Both the position numbers and the translations under genes were made by a program. The notes beneath the pieces were generated by a model. It did not search any database, was not told the DNA's origin, and was given only the letters and a program-made list of their open reading frames with translations. Of a stretch of DNA of 24,000 nt, positions 6,308-14,428 are shown piece after piece. The DNA lies in assembly GCA_003864555.1 (NCBI GenBank), contig BHER01000001.1:1-24000 (forward strand). The letters are read 5' to 3'. Position 1 is the first letter of the stretch, and each line of letters opens with the position of its first letter. This DNA comes from Erysipelotrichaceae bacterium. Its GTDB lineage: Bacteria > Bacillota_I > Bacilli_A > Culicoidibacterales > Culicoidibacteraceae.

Positions 6308-7618
6308 ATGGAAACATCAAAAATAATTGAATTACTCGTCGTCGGCATGCTTGGAGCACTTGCAGCAGTTATTGCAAACAAGGGAATTGCTGTTTTTAAT
6401 GATGGACTGCGCCCAATTATTCCACAGTTTTTAGATAATAAAATTGGGAGAAAAGAATTAGCAGCAACAAGTTTTGCCCTTGGGTTCGGGCTTGTTATTG
6501 GATTTGGGATTCCAGTATCTGTCGGAGCATCTATCATTTTAGTGCATAGTATTCTCCTCGCAACCGATATTATTGGAACATGGTCACCAGGAGGGATGAA
6601 AGGTGTCATCATCTCAGCTATTATTGGTGGGATATATGGTATTGCAATTGTTCTCGGATTACAATATATTGTAGACCTTTTCGCAATGCTCCCAGTCAAC
6701 TTCCTCGATGCCCTTGCAAAAGTTGGTGCACCAGTTATTGTTGCCTTCTCAGTATTCCCATCGCTTGCAGTGGCATACCAACATGGGTTTAAAAAAGGTG
6801 CTATTACATTTGGAACATCGATATTTTTCATGTTTTTGGTAAAAGAATTTGGGGTTATTCAAATTTCTGATACGGCAACACTCAAATTAAGTGTTGAGGG
6901 AACAACACTTCTTGTGGGGATGGCATTTATGATTTTTTTCTCCCTTGGAGAAAAAGGATCAGGATCAGCAAATCAGCAACTGGTCAGTATTTTTGCAGAA
7001 CGGGTAAAACGGATTAAATCAAACTGGATAATTCTTGCAGTGATGGGAGGACTTGTTAGTGCGGCAACAAGTTTACTGATTTTAGCAGGAGATCCAATTT
7101 CGCAAAAATTAATGATTGAGGGTCTTTATAGTGAAGCAGCACTTGCAGCCTTCGCTCGTGGAATAGGCTTTATTCCGCTTGTCTTCTCAACAGCAATTGT
7201 AACGGGTGTGTATGGACCGGCAGGAACAACTTTTGTTTTTGTTATCGGGATTTTATTCCGTGGGAATCCATTACTAGCATTCGTCGCTGGATTTGCAGTT
7301 ATTGTTGTTGAAATTTTATTACTTGATAGTGCAGCCAAAGGACTTGATAAATTCCCTGGTGTCCGTGAAATGGGTGAACATATCCGAACAGCAATGAATA
7401 AAGTACTAGAAGTAGGACTTTTAATTGGTGGTGCGCTTGCATCAGAAGCAATTGCTCCGGGGATTGGTTATTTCTGGGTTATTGGGATTTACCTCTTAAA
7501 TAAAACAGCGAAAAAACCATTAGTTGATTTAGCCGTTGGACCAGTCGCAGCAATTTCACTAGGACTCTTGGTTAATATTTTAGCATTAGTTGGATTATTT
7601 ACAATTCCAACAGTATAG
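6308..7618 (+). CDS. yhfT: YhfT-like polytopic membrane protein, putative transporter
   Basis: 436 aa, hydrophobic and Gly/Ala-rich throughout, with about 11-12 TM segments by eye. Position and size parallel E. coli YhfT as I recall it. Confidence 0.7.
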   Translation: METSKIIELLVVGMLGALAAVIANKGIAVFNDGLRPIIPQFLDNKIGRKELAATSFALGFGLVIGFGIPVSVGASIILVHSILLATDIIGTWSPGGMKGVIISAIIGGIYGIAIVLGLQYIVDLFAMLPVNFLDALAKVGAPVIVAFSVFPSLAVAYQHGFKKGAITFGTSIFFMFLVKEFGVIQISDTATLKLSVEGTTLLVGMAFMIFFSLGEKGSGSANQQLVSIFAERVKRIKSNWIILAVMGGLVSAATSLLILAGDPISQKLMIEGLYSEAALAAFARGIGFIPLVFSTAIVTGVYGPAGTTFVFVIGILFRGNPLLAFVAGFAVIVVEILLLDSAAKGLDKFPGVREMGEHIRTAMNKVLEVGLLIGGALASEAIAPGIGYFWVIGIYLLNKTAKKPLVDLAVGPVAAISLGLLVNILALVGLFTIPTV

Positions 7619-7645
7619 TTCGAAAAAAGAAATGGGGATATATAT

Positions 7646-8668
7646 ATGCAACAGAATATCAAGCGTTATGCGAAAATGACAATTGCAGCCCTCAAAAATG
7701 AGCATAATACCTGTATACATGTCAATAGCGATTGTTTTGCACAAGTTTGTGAGTATACAAATACAGAGCACGAGGCTCTCTACTTCGGTGCAAAAAATAC
7801 AGCAGCTCTCAAACCATTGATTAGTAAGTTACAGGGTAATGCTTATTTCTACCATACAATTGATGCACTCGCAGATAATGGACGAGCAATTGATATTAAA
7901 TTACGAAACCCACTAACAGATAGAGCAATGAGTGGTTCATCAAGTGGTAGTGCAATTAATGTCTTTTATGGCATAAATGATATTGGAATTGGAAGCGATG
8001 GTGGTGGTTCTGTACTTGCGCCGGCAATGAGTTTAAATCTTTTTAGCCTGATTAGTCCATTATTACCAATCACACAACTTGATAAAATATCAACAGATGG
8101 GATTAAATTTGCACCCGTTGCGGGTATTATTGCTCATAATTTTAAACATTTTATTCAAACGGTGGAGTATCTTTTATTAGAAAAAAAGCCAAAGCCAAAA
8201 GCCAAAATTAGCATCTTGTGCCAAGAAAATTTTACCAAGCTTGATGGCGATAGTAACTTTCAAGTAACTAAAATGCCATTTCCAGATATAAATGGTCCAA
8301 GAGCGATACTTATTGCTTGGTGTACCCAAAAACTTAAGCTATACGATATAATAATAAGTGAAGAGGGACCGATTGATTGTTTGGAATATGGCGATACCTT
8401 ACAAGGAATTTTTTCAGAAAAAAATACCAAGGAACAACAAAAAGCGGGTAAAGGACTCCTGCGGATAGTTGCCATGTCGAAAGCAACAGCCATAACAATA
8501 CCAAAACTTGCAAAAGCTGAGGGGTATGTCCTCATTGCCAACTCAACACCTAGGGATATCTACAATCTCCTAGAAGTTGGGAAAATAGTAGAGCAACCAT
8601 TTCCGGAAATAATCAAAAAATATTTCCACCAGAGCTATAATAAACGTGAAAATAACATCATATTTTAA
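7646..8668 (+). CDS. Short, divergent amidase-signature-like protein (no counterpart in the E. coli yhf set)
   Basis: 340 aa. Residues 96-127, SGSSSGSAINVFYGINDIGIGSDGGGSVLAPA, follow the amidase-signature pattern G-[GAV]-S-[GS]2-G...[DE]-x-[GA]-x-S-[LIVM]-R-x-P with exact spacing. Ser98 and Ser122 are 24 residues apart, and there are about 4 mismatches including R to L. A KPKPKAK linker at about residue 180 splits the protein into two halves. Confidence 0.6.
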   Translation: MQQNIKRYAKMTIAALKNEHNTCIHVNSDCFAQVCEYTNTEHEALYFGAKNTAALKPLISKLQGNAYFYHTIDALADNGRAIDIKLRNPLTDRAMSGSSSGSAINVFYGINDIGIGSDGGGSVLAPAMSLNLFSLISPLLPITQLDKISTDGIKFAPVAGIIAHNFKHFIQTVEYLLLEKKPKPKAKISILCQENFTKLDGDSNFQVTKMPFPDINGPRAILIAWCTQKLKLYDIIISEEGPIDCLEYGDTLQGIFSEKNTKEQQKAGKGLLRIVAMSKATAITIPKLAKAEGYVLIANSTPRDIYNLLEVGKIVEQPFPEIIKKYFHQSYNKRENNIIF

Positions 8669-8701
8669 GATGATAAACAGAAGAAAAGGTGTGTGTGGGA
8701 A

Positions 8702-9589
8702 ATGAAATTAGTTGCAGGTATAACACTTATGCATGAGCATACAAGAATTGATCTTTCAGGATTAAAAAAGAATGATGATTGTAATCTAAATTGCTTTGAA
8801 CAGACAATTAAAGAATACAAAGAACTCTACCAACAGGGTGTTCGGAATATTGTGGATGTGACAAATATTGGCATGGGTGGTGATGCAGCATATGTCCAAA
8901 AAGTTGCGAAAGCATCCAATATCAATATTATCCATGCCACAGGCTTCTATCAGGATAAGTTTTTGCCACCGATTGTTTTTTCCAAGACTGTCGAGCAGCT
9001 AGCACAAATTATGATTGACCAGATTGAAATTGGGATTGATGGTACGAGTGCAAAAGCAGATATCATTGGTGAAATTGGCACAAGTAAAAATGAGATGACT
9101 GCAGCAGAGCAGAAAGTTTTCAAAGCAGCCATGCTTGCATCACGCAAAACGGGTAAGCCACTAACAACCCATACAACACTTGGTACGTATGGGAAAGAGC
9201 AAGTTGCTTTTTTCAAAGAACATGATTTTCCTTTAAATATGGTGATGATTGGGCATGTTGATTTAACGGGCGATACAGAGTATGTCCTCGACTTGCTAAA
9301 AGAGGGGGTATATGTTGAACTCGATACAGTGGGGAAACATAATTATATGGCGGATGCAGTCCGTTTGGAGATGCTCAAAGAAATTGAAGAGCAGGGGTTT
9401 GAAAACCGGGTTTGCCTATCGCTCGATATTACACGGAAATCACAATTAAAGTATCTAGGAGGTATCGGCTATACATATATGCTTGATACTTTTATCCCGT
9501 ATTTACGCGCGAGTGGTCTAAGTGAGCGTTTTATTGAGAAGATGCTCATCGAAAATCCACAGCGGTTTTTTGAAGAAAAAAGCCAATAA
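8702..9589 (+). CDS. php: Phosphotriesterase-homology protein (Php; amidohydrolase superfamily, binuclear metal centre)
   Basis: Candidate metal ligands are HEH (His11/His13), GEIG (Glu124), TTHT (His157), IGHVD (His185) and LSLDIT (Asp242), counted from ATG 8702. ATG 8702 is preferred over the GTG at 8693 used by the ORF track. Confidence 0.9.
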   Translation: MKLVAGITLMHEHTRIDLSGLKKNDDCNLNCFEQTIKEYKELYQQGVRNIVDVTNIGMGGDAAYVQKVAKASNINIIHATGFYQDKFLPPIVFSKTVEQLAQIMIDQIEIGIDGTSAKADIIGEIGTSKNEMTAAEQKVFKAAMLASRKTGKPLTTHTTLGTYGKEQVAFFKEHDFPLNMVMIGHVDLTGDTEYVLDLLKEGVYVELDTVGKHNYMADAVRLEMLKEIEEQGFENRVCLSLDITRKSQLKYLGGIGYTYMLDTFIPYLRASGLSERFIEKMLIENPQRFFEEKSQ

Positions 9590-9607
9590 AAGAAAAGGGG
9601 AAAGAGG

Positions 9608-10711
9608 ATGCAAACATATCCATTAACAAGTATTTCAGTAGAAGAGGCAACACAAAAACAATTTGCTTTAATTGATGCAATTACCCGTGTTTTTAAAGGG
9701 AGCGAAATTCTTACACGTGGTGATTTAGGTGTTGTTAGGGGGCTTAATCAACCACAAACAACGGCAAAAGTTGAGCGTGTATTAGCAACTTTTTTCAATG
9801 CACCAAAAGCGATGCTTGTGCGTGGTGCAGGGACAATGGCAATTAGACTTGCGCTATATAGTAGTATAAATTTGGGTGAAACAATTTTAATCCATGATGC
9901 AGCAGTTTATCCAACAACAGATACATCTTTCCAAATGATGGGCTTAAAAACGGTACGAGCAGATTTTAATATTTCGGGTGCAATAACCCGTGCATTAAAG
10001 CAAAATCCCGAAATCAGAGGAGTACTCATCCAGTTCACCCGCCAGCAGCCTAGTGATTGCTATGATATGGAAAACATCATTGCTGAAATCCGGGCCTATA
10101 CGCAGGATTTGCCAATTATTACAGATGATAATTACGCTGTTTTGAAAGTACCCAAAATTGGTTGCGAACTGGGAGCAACACTCTCGTGCTTCTCAACATT
10201 TAAGCTCCTTGGACCAGAAGGTATCGGCTGTATTATTGGGAATCGGGAGGCCATTGAAAAACTGCGGAGCCAAAATTATTCTGGAGGACTACAAGTTCAA
10301 GGACATGAAGCAATTGATGTCCTGCGTGGCATGATTTATGCGCCAGTAGCCTTAGCAATTTCTGCAAATGTTACAGAGCAAACTGCCCAAAAATTAAATG
10401 AGGGTGCAATTGCGGGTGTAAAATCATGCTTTATTGCAAATGCACAATCAAAAGTACTCATTGTCGAACTAGAAAAGCAAATTGCAGATGCAGTCTTAGT
10501 TGAGGCCGAAAAATTAGGTGCAGCACCCCATCCAGTTGGTGCAGAATCACAGTATGAATTTGTACCAATGTTCTATCGTATTTCTGGGACATTTAGAAGC
10601 AGTGATCCAACACTTGAAAAACGGATGATTCGGATTAATCCGATGCGCGCAGGGAGTACCACAATTCTGCGAATTCTTGAAGAGGCAATTCAGAATGTAA
10701 CGCAGGGATAA
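9608..10711 (+). CDS. yhfS: YhfS-like fold-type-I PLP-dependent enzyme
   Basis: 367 aa. ITDDNYA (Asp173) and SCFSTFKLLG (Lys199) resemble the PLP Asp and Schiff-base Lys motifs of aminotransferase/Cys-Met-metabolism-type enzymes. RBS GGGGAAAGAGG. Confidence 0.7.
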   Translation: MQTYPLTSISVEEATQKQFALIDAITRVFKGSEILTRGDLGVVRGLNQPQTTAKVERVLATFFNAPKAMLVRGAGTMAIRLALYSSINLGETILIHDAAVYPTTDTSFQMMGLKTVRADFNISGAITRALKQNPEIRGVLIQFTRQQPSDCYDMENIIAEIRAYTQDLPIITDDNYAVLKVPKIGCELGATLSCFSTFKLLGPEGIGCIIGNREAIEKLRSQNYSGGLQVQGHEAIDVLRGMIYAPVALAISANVTEQTAQKLNEGAIAGVKSCFIANAQSKVLIVELEKQIADAVLVEAEKLGAAPHPVGAESQYEFVPMFYRISGTFRSSDPTLEKRMIRINPMRAGSTTILRILEEAIQNVTQG

Positions 10712-10738
10712 TATACCAAAAGAAGGAGATGAACACCG

Positions 10739-11662
10739 GTGAAATCAGATTTTTTTCAGAAAAAAGGCACAGCAATTAAGCAATTAGCTGAAGTTTTAAT
10801 TGTAATGCAACCGGGAGAAAAACTACCAATTGTCAGTGTGCTTCAGGAAAATCTAGGAATATCACGGGGAACAGTACAGAATGCTTTGCAATTTCTCAAA
10901 GACCAAGATGCAATTGTGCTTGTAAGCAGGGGCCATCTTGGGAATTATCTTACAAGTATCAACCACCGTATTTTACAACAGTATGCAGGAACGGATGAAC
11001 TTTTTGGGACAATGCCATTGCCATACTCGCGGATCTATGAGGGGTTAGCAACTGCACTATATGACACCCTAAATGCTCAAGGAGTACGGCTTAATATGGC
11101 ATATATTCGGGGTTCAAATGACCGCTTGCAGTCAGTTGTGCGAGGGATGTATCAGTTTGCAATTGTTTCAAAATATGCTGCAAGACGTAGTATTGAAATG
11201 GGAGAAAGCCTTAAAATCATTGCCGATTTAGGAAAGTATAGCTATCTATCACAACATATCCTATTACTAAAGAATCCAAATGCGACAACAATTGTTGCAG
11301 GAGACCGTGTTGGAATTGATATGAGTTCAATTGATCAAAAGGAGCTTACGCATATATTAACTGCTAACACAAAAGTAAGTTATATCAATTTACCAGGGCA
11401 CCAATTAATCCATGAAATTGAGCTTGGGAGAATTGATGCCGGTGTTTGGAATTATGATGAAATTATCGAAAAGAACTATGAACATCTAAATTACCAACTC
11501 ATATCAGATATGGCAATTTCAGAAGAAGTATCCACAGCAGTCATAGTCTGCAACCAATCAGATATCCTGGTACAAACAGTCTTAGAAAAAAATATTGATA
11601 CAATTAAAATCTTACAAATTCAACAAGATGTTAAAAAAGGGAAAATTATACCTCGCTATTAA
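10739..11662 (+). CDS. yhfZ: YhfZ-like transcriptional regulator (GntR-like winged HTH plus C-terminal ligand-binding-type domain)
   Basis: 307 aa from a GTG start, with RBS GAAGGAG 10 nt upstream. HTH segment SVLQENLGISRGTVQNALQFLKDQDAIVLVSRGHLGNYL. The next gene is a PRD protein, as in the E. coli yhfZ-yhfY pair. Confidence 0.7.
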   Translation: MKSDFFQKKGTAIKQLAEVLIVMQPGEKLPIVSVLQENLGISRGTVQNALQFLKDQDAIVLVSRGHLGNYLTSINHRILQQYAGTDELFGTMPLPYSRIYEGLATALYDTLNAQGVRLNMAYIRGSNDRLQSVVRGMYQFAIVSKYAARRSIEMGESLKIIADLGKYSYLSQHILLLKNPNATTIVAGDRVGIDMSSIDQKELTHILTANTKVSYINLPGHQLIHEIELGRIDAGVWNYDEIIEKNYEHLNYQLISDMAISEEVSTAVIVCNQSDILVQTVLEKNIDTIKILQIQQDVKKGKIIPRY

Positions 11663-11684
11663 TAAAAAAAAGGAGAAATTTGAG

Positions 11685-12032
11685 ATGATCTACAAAAAAA
11701 TGGAGATTTTAAAAAATGGAAATATTATTGATGAAGCAGCATATGACTATGCGTTTAAAGTCATCAAACGCTTAGGGGAAGAGGGGATAGATGTGCAATC
11801 GGATAGAGCACAAGTATTTGTAACACATCTTGCAATGGCAACGATGCGGATGCAAAAAGGCGAAGTACTTGAACCACTATCAGAAGCAATTGAGGCTGAT
11901 TTAAAGGGGCAATCAATATTCGCGCAAGCAGAAATACTCTGGACACAGCTTGCATATTTTGCACCAAAACCATTTGCCCAAGCCGAAGAAGGATATATCT
12001 ACATCCATATGTGTTCATTATTGAGCAACTAG
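11685..12032 (+). CDS. yhfY: Stand-alone PRD-domain protein (YhfY-like)
   Basis: 115 aa from ATG 11685, with RBS AGGAG 9 nt upstream. All-helical, with the His-containing segment VFVTHLAMATMR typical of PRD modules. The ORF-track start at 11595 would overlap yhfZ by 68 nt and lacks an RBS. Confidence 0.65.
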   Translation: MIYKKMEILKNGNIIDEAAYDYAFKVIKRLGEEGIDVQSDRAQVFVTHLAMATMRMQKGEVLEPLSEAIEADLKGQSIFAQAEILWTQLAYFAPKPFAQAEEGYIYIHMCSLLSN

Positions 12033-12047
12033 AGAGGAGCACGCATC

Positions 12048-13217
12048 ATGTTTTTAACGATGACGACAAACCGCAATCAGGAACTTATCGATTTTGCAGT
12101 AGAACTGCATCAAAAAGGACAAATTTTGCCCGACACCTATGTCATTGACGTGGATACTTTGTGTGAAAATGCCCGGATGCTTGCATGCTCTGCTAAAGAA
12201 TATGGCATTGAGCTCTATTATATGACAAAGCAAATTGGTCGCAATCCTTATCTTGCAAAAAAAATTCATGAAGCAGGCATCAAAAAAGCAGTAGTTGTCG
12301 ACTTCAAAGAAGCACTGCTTTTAATGGATGCAGGACTACCACTTGGAAATGTTGGGCATCTTGTACAAATTCCCAACCAATTATTAAAAAAGATTTTAGC
12401 TTATGGTACCGATTACGTCACTATTTACTCAATAGAGATGCTTAAAAAAGTTGATGCAGTTGCAGGCGAACTCGGTATTATTCAGCCTGTGCTATTGCGG
12501 ATTTTAGATGAGGGAGATCGGATTTATGAGGGGCAATATGGTGGGTTTATGCTGGATGATTTACCAGCGCTTATGCAAGAATTTAAAAAATTACTAAGCA
12601 TCAGAATTACCGGTCTGACATCTTTTCCCTGCTTTTTATATCAAGCGGAACAAGGAGAGTTTATGTCAACACCCAATGCTCAAACACTATATAGAGCACA
12701 AATACTTCTGAATAAAGCAGGCTTTGCAATCACGCAACTCAATATGCCCTCGGCAACATGTGTCCGCTCACTCAAATTTTTAGCAGAAATTGGAGGAACA
12801 CAAGGAGAACCAGGGCATGCACTAACTGGAACAACACCGATGCATGCCAAAGAAGTATTAGCAGAAAAACCAGCACTTGTCTATGTGAGTGAAATTTCTC
12901 ATAGGTTTAAAGGGAAAAGCTATTGCTATGGAGGGGGTTACTATCGCCGTGGGAATTTATCAAATGCCCTCATAGCGACAAAGGGGATGCCATATACGGA
13001 AACAAAAGTTTCTCCTTTTGATAATGAGAGTATTGATTATTACCTTGAATTAGCAGGCATGCAACCACAAGATGCAACGGTTATTATGGCATTTCGAACA
13101 CAAATTTTTGTAACCCGTAGTGAGGTTGCATTGGTTGAGGGATTATCGACAAATACGCCTAAACTTGTAGGAATTTACGATAGCTTAGGTAAAAAAAATA
13201 AGGGGGATTTAAAATAA
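12048..13217 (+). CDS. yhfX: YhfX-like fold-type-III (alanine-racemase-N-terminal-like) PLP enzyme
   Basis: 389 aa. The N-terminal barrel-type region has candidate PLP lysine YYMTKQIGRNP. RBS GAGAGGAG. Position and size parallel E. coli YhfX as I recall it. Confidence 0.65.
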   Translation: MFLTMTTNRNQELIDFAVELHQKGQILPDTYVIDVDTLCENARMLACSAKEYGIELYYMTKQIGRNPYLAKKIHEAGIKKAVVVDFKEALLLMDAGLPLGNVGHLVQIPNQLLKKILAYGTDYVTIYSIEMLKKVDAVAGELGIIQPVLLRILDEGDRIYEGQYGGFMLDDLPALMQEFKKLLSIRITGLTSFPCFLYQAEQGEFMSTPNAQTLYRAQILLNKAGFAITQLNMPSATCVRSLKFLAEIGGTQGEPGHALTGTTPMHAKEVLAEKPALVYVSEISHRFKGKSYCYGGGYYRRGNLSNALIATKGMPYTETKVSPFDNESIDYYLELAGMQPQDATVIMAFRTQIFVTRSEVALVEGLSTNTPKLVGIYDSLGKKNKGDLK

Positions 13218-14422
13218 TGGCAAGATTTATAGTAGTCGTTTTAGATAGTTTTGGTGTGGGTGCAATGGATGATTGCAAAGCTGTACGCAAACAAGATATT
13301 GGGTCGAATACCGCCTTACATATTCTCGAAAAGACGCCAAATTTGTATCTGCCTAATCTTGAAAGTTTGGGTCTTATGAATATTCTTGATGCAGAAATAG
13401 ATGGGATGATATTAAATCCAATGTCAAATTATGGGACTGCTAATTTAGCACATTTTGGGGCAGATAGCTTTGCAGGCCATCAGGAAATCATGGGAACGAA
13501 GCCCTCAAGACCTTTAGAACTTGCAATAAATGATGTTGCAGCAGAGGTGAAATTAGCATTAGAACTTGCGGGGCATCGGGTAGATTTTATTGAAAAAGAT
13601 GGATTAAAAGCAATCCTCGTCGATGGGACTGTTTTAGTTGCTGATAATATGGAAACAGATTTAGGGCAAGTGATTAATGTAAATGGAATATTAGATGAAA
13701 TATGTTTTGCAGATGTTGAGAAAATTGGTCGGATTGTCCGTGGCGTGGTCAAAGTATCACGTGTAATTGTTCTTGGAGGTAGGAGTGTTAGTCTTAATAG
13801 GATGCTTGCAGCCCTAAAGACTAACTCAGAATTTATTGGATTGGATACACCAAAATCAGGGTTATATTTAGATGATTACCAGGTAATTCATCTTGGATAT
13901 GGCGTAGATACGACCATGCAAGTTCCTCATGCCCTTGCACAAAAGAAAATCCCAACAGTATTTGTTGGGAAAGTTGGCGATATTGTTGCCAATCCGGGAG
14001 GATGCAATATTTCAGGTGTGGATACGCAAGATCTTTTTGATGCTTTTATTACGGAAATTAAAAAAGAAAAAACGGCTTTCTTCTGTCTTAATATTCAAGA
14101 AATGGATTTAGCAGGTCATGCACAAAATGTAAAAAAATATGCAAAGAAATTAAAAATATCTGATGATAAAATTGGTGAAATCTTGGAAATTTTAGGAGTC
14201 GATGATGTGCTTATTGTGATGGCTGATCATGGCAATGACCCAACAGTTGGTCATAGCAGGCATACACGCGAGCGGGTCCCATTACTAGTTGCTAAGCAGG
14301 GTCTAACCTACGTACGACTTGATGAGCGTGAGACGATGGCAGATGTTGGTGCTACAGTTGCTGCTTTTTTTGGGACAAGCATAGCATATGGGACATCCTT
14401 TTTACGAATGATTCAAAACTAA
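13217..14422 (+). CDS. yhfW: YhfW-like phosphopentomutase-family metalloenzyme (putative phosphomutase)
   Basis: 401 aa. VVVLDSFGVGAMDD, GADSFAGHQEIMG, DLAGHAQN and ADHGNDPT align with DeoB motifs VLDSFGIG, GKDTxSGHWEIAG and ADHGCDPT. The start overlaps the yhfX stop (TAATG). Confidence 0.8.
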   Translation: MARFIVVVLDSFGVGAMDDCKAVRKQDIGSNTALHILEKTPNLYLPNLESLGLMNILDAEIDGMILNPMSNYGTANLAHFGADSFAGHQEIMGTKPSRPLELAINDVAAEVKLALELAGHRVDFIEKDGLKAILVDGTVLVADNMETDLGQVINVNGILDEICFADVEKIGRIVRGVVKVSRVIVLGGRSVSLNRMLAALKTNSEFIGLDTPKSGLYLDDYQVIHLGYGVDTTMQVPHALAQKKIPTVFVGKVGDIVANPGGCNISGVDTQDLFDAFITEIKKEKTAFFCLNIQEMDLAGHAQNVKKYAKKLKISDDKIGEILEILGVDDVLIVMADHGNDPTVGHSRHTRERVPLLVAKQGLTYVRLDERETMADVGATVAAFFGTSIAYGTSFLRMIQN

Positions 14423-14428
14423 AAAAGA

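Noticed and set aside
6271-7338. Antisense or alternative-frame ORFs 6126-6359(-), 6271-6831(-), 6580-6792(+) and 7126-7338(-) within yhfU/yhfT
   Set aside because: They mirror a Gly/Ala/Ile-rich membrane gene, which yields Pro/Ala/Ile-rich antisense frames. They have no RBS and no motifs.
8188-8207. GCCAAA / GCCAAAA / GCCAAAA micro-repeat as a slipped-strand phase-variation tract
   Set aside because: It has only three imperfect units of unequal length. It more plausibly just encodes the KPKPKAK interdomain linker.
8693-8701. GTG start at 8693 for php (MWEMKL...)
   Set aside because: It is too close to the AAAGGTG Shine-Dalgarno-like sequence. ATG 8702 gives the expected spacing, and its N-terminus puts the H-x-H motif at residues 11/13, close to E. 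coli Php.
11595-11684. Long start of the PRD ORF overlapping yhfZ by 68 nt
   Set aside because: There is no RBS at 11595. A strong AGGAG sits 9 nt before ATG 11685, and the shorter product is about the size I recall for stand-alone YhfY proteins.
8260-14111. Remaining short ORFs inside operon genes: 8260-8541(-), 8950-9216(-), 11764-12042(-), 12054-12269(-), 13480-13752(-) and 13929-14111(+)
   Set aside because: All are embedded in better-supported genes, lack RBSs and have composition-driven sequences.
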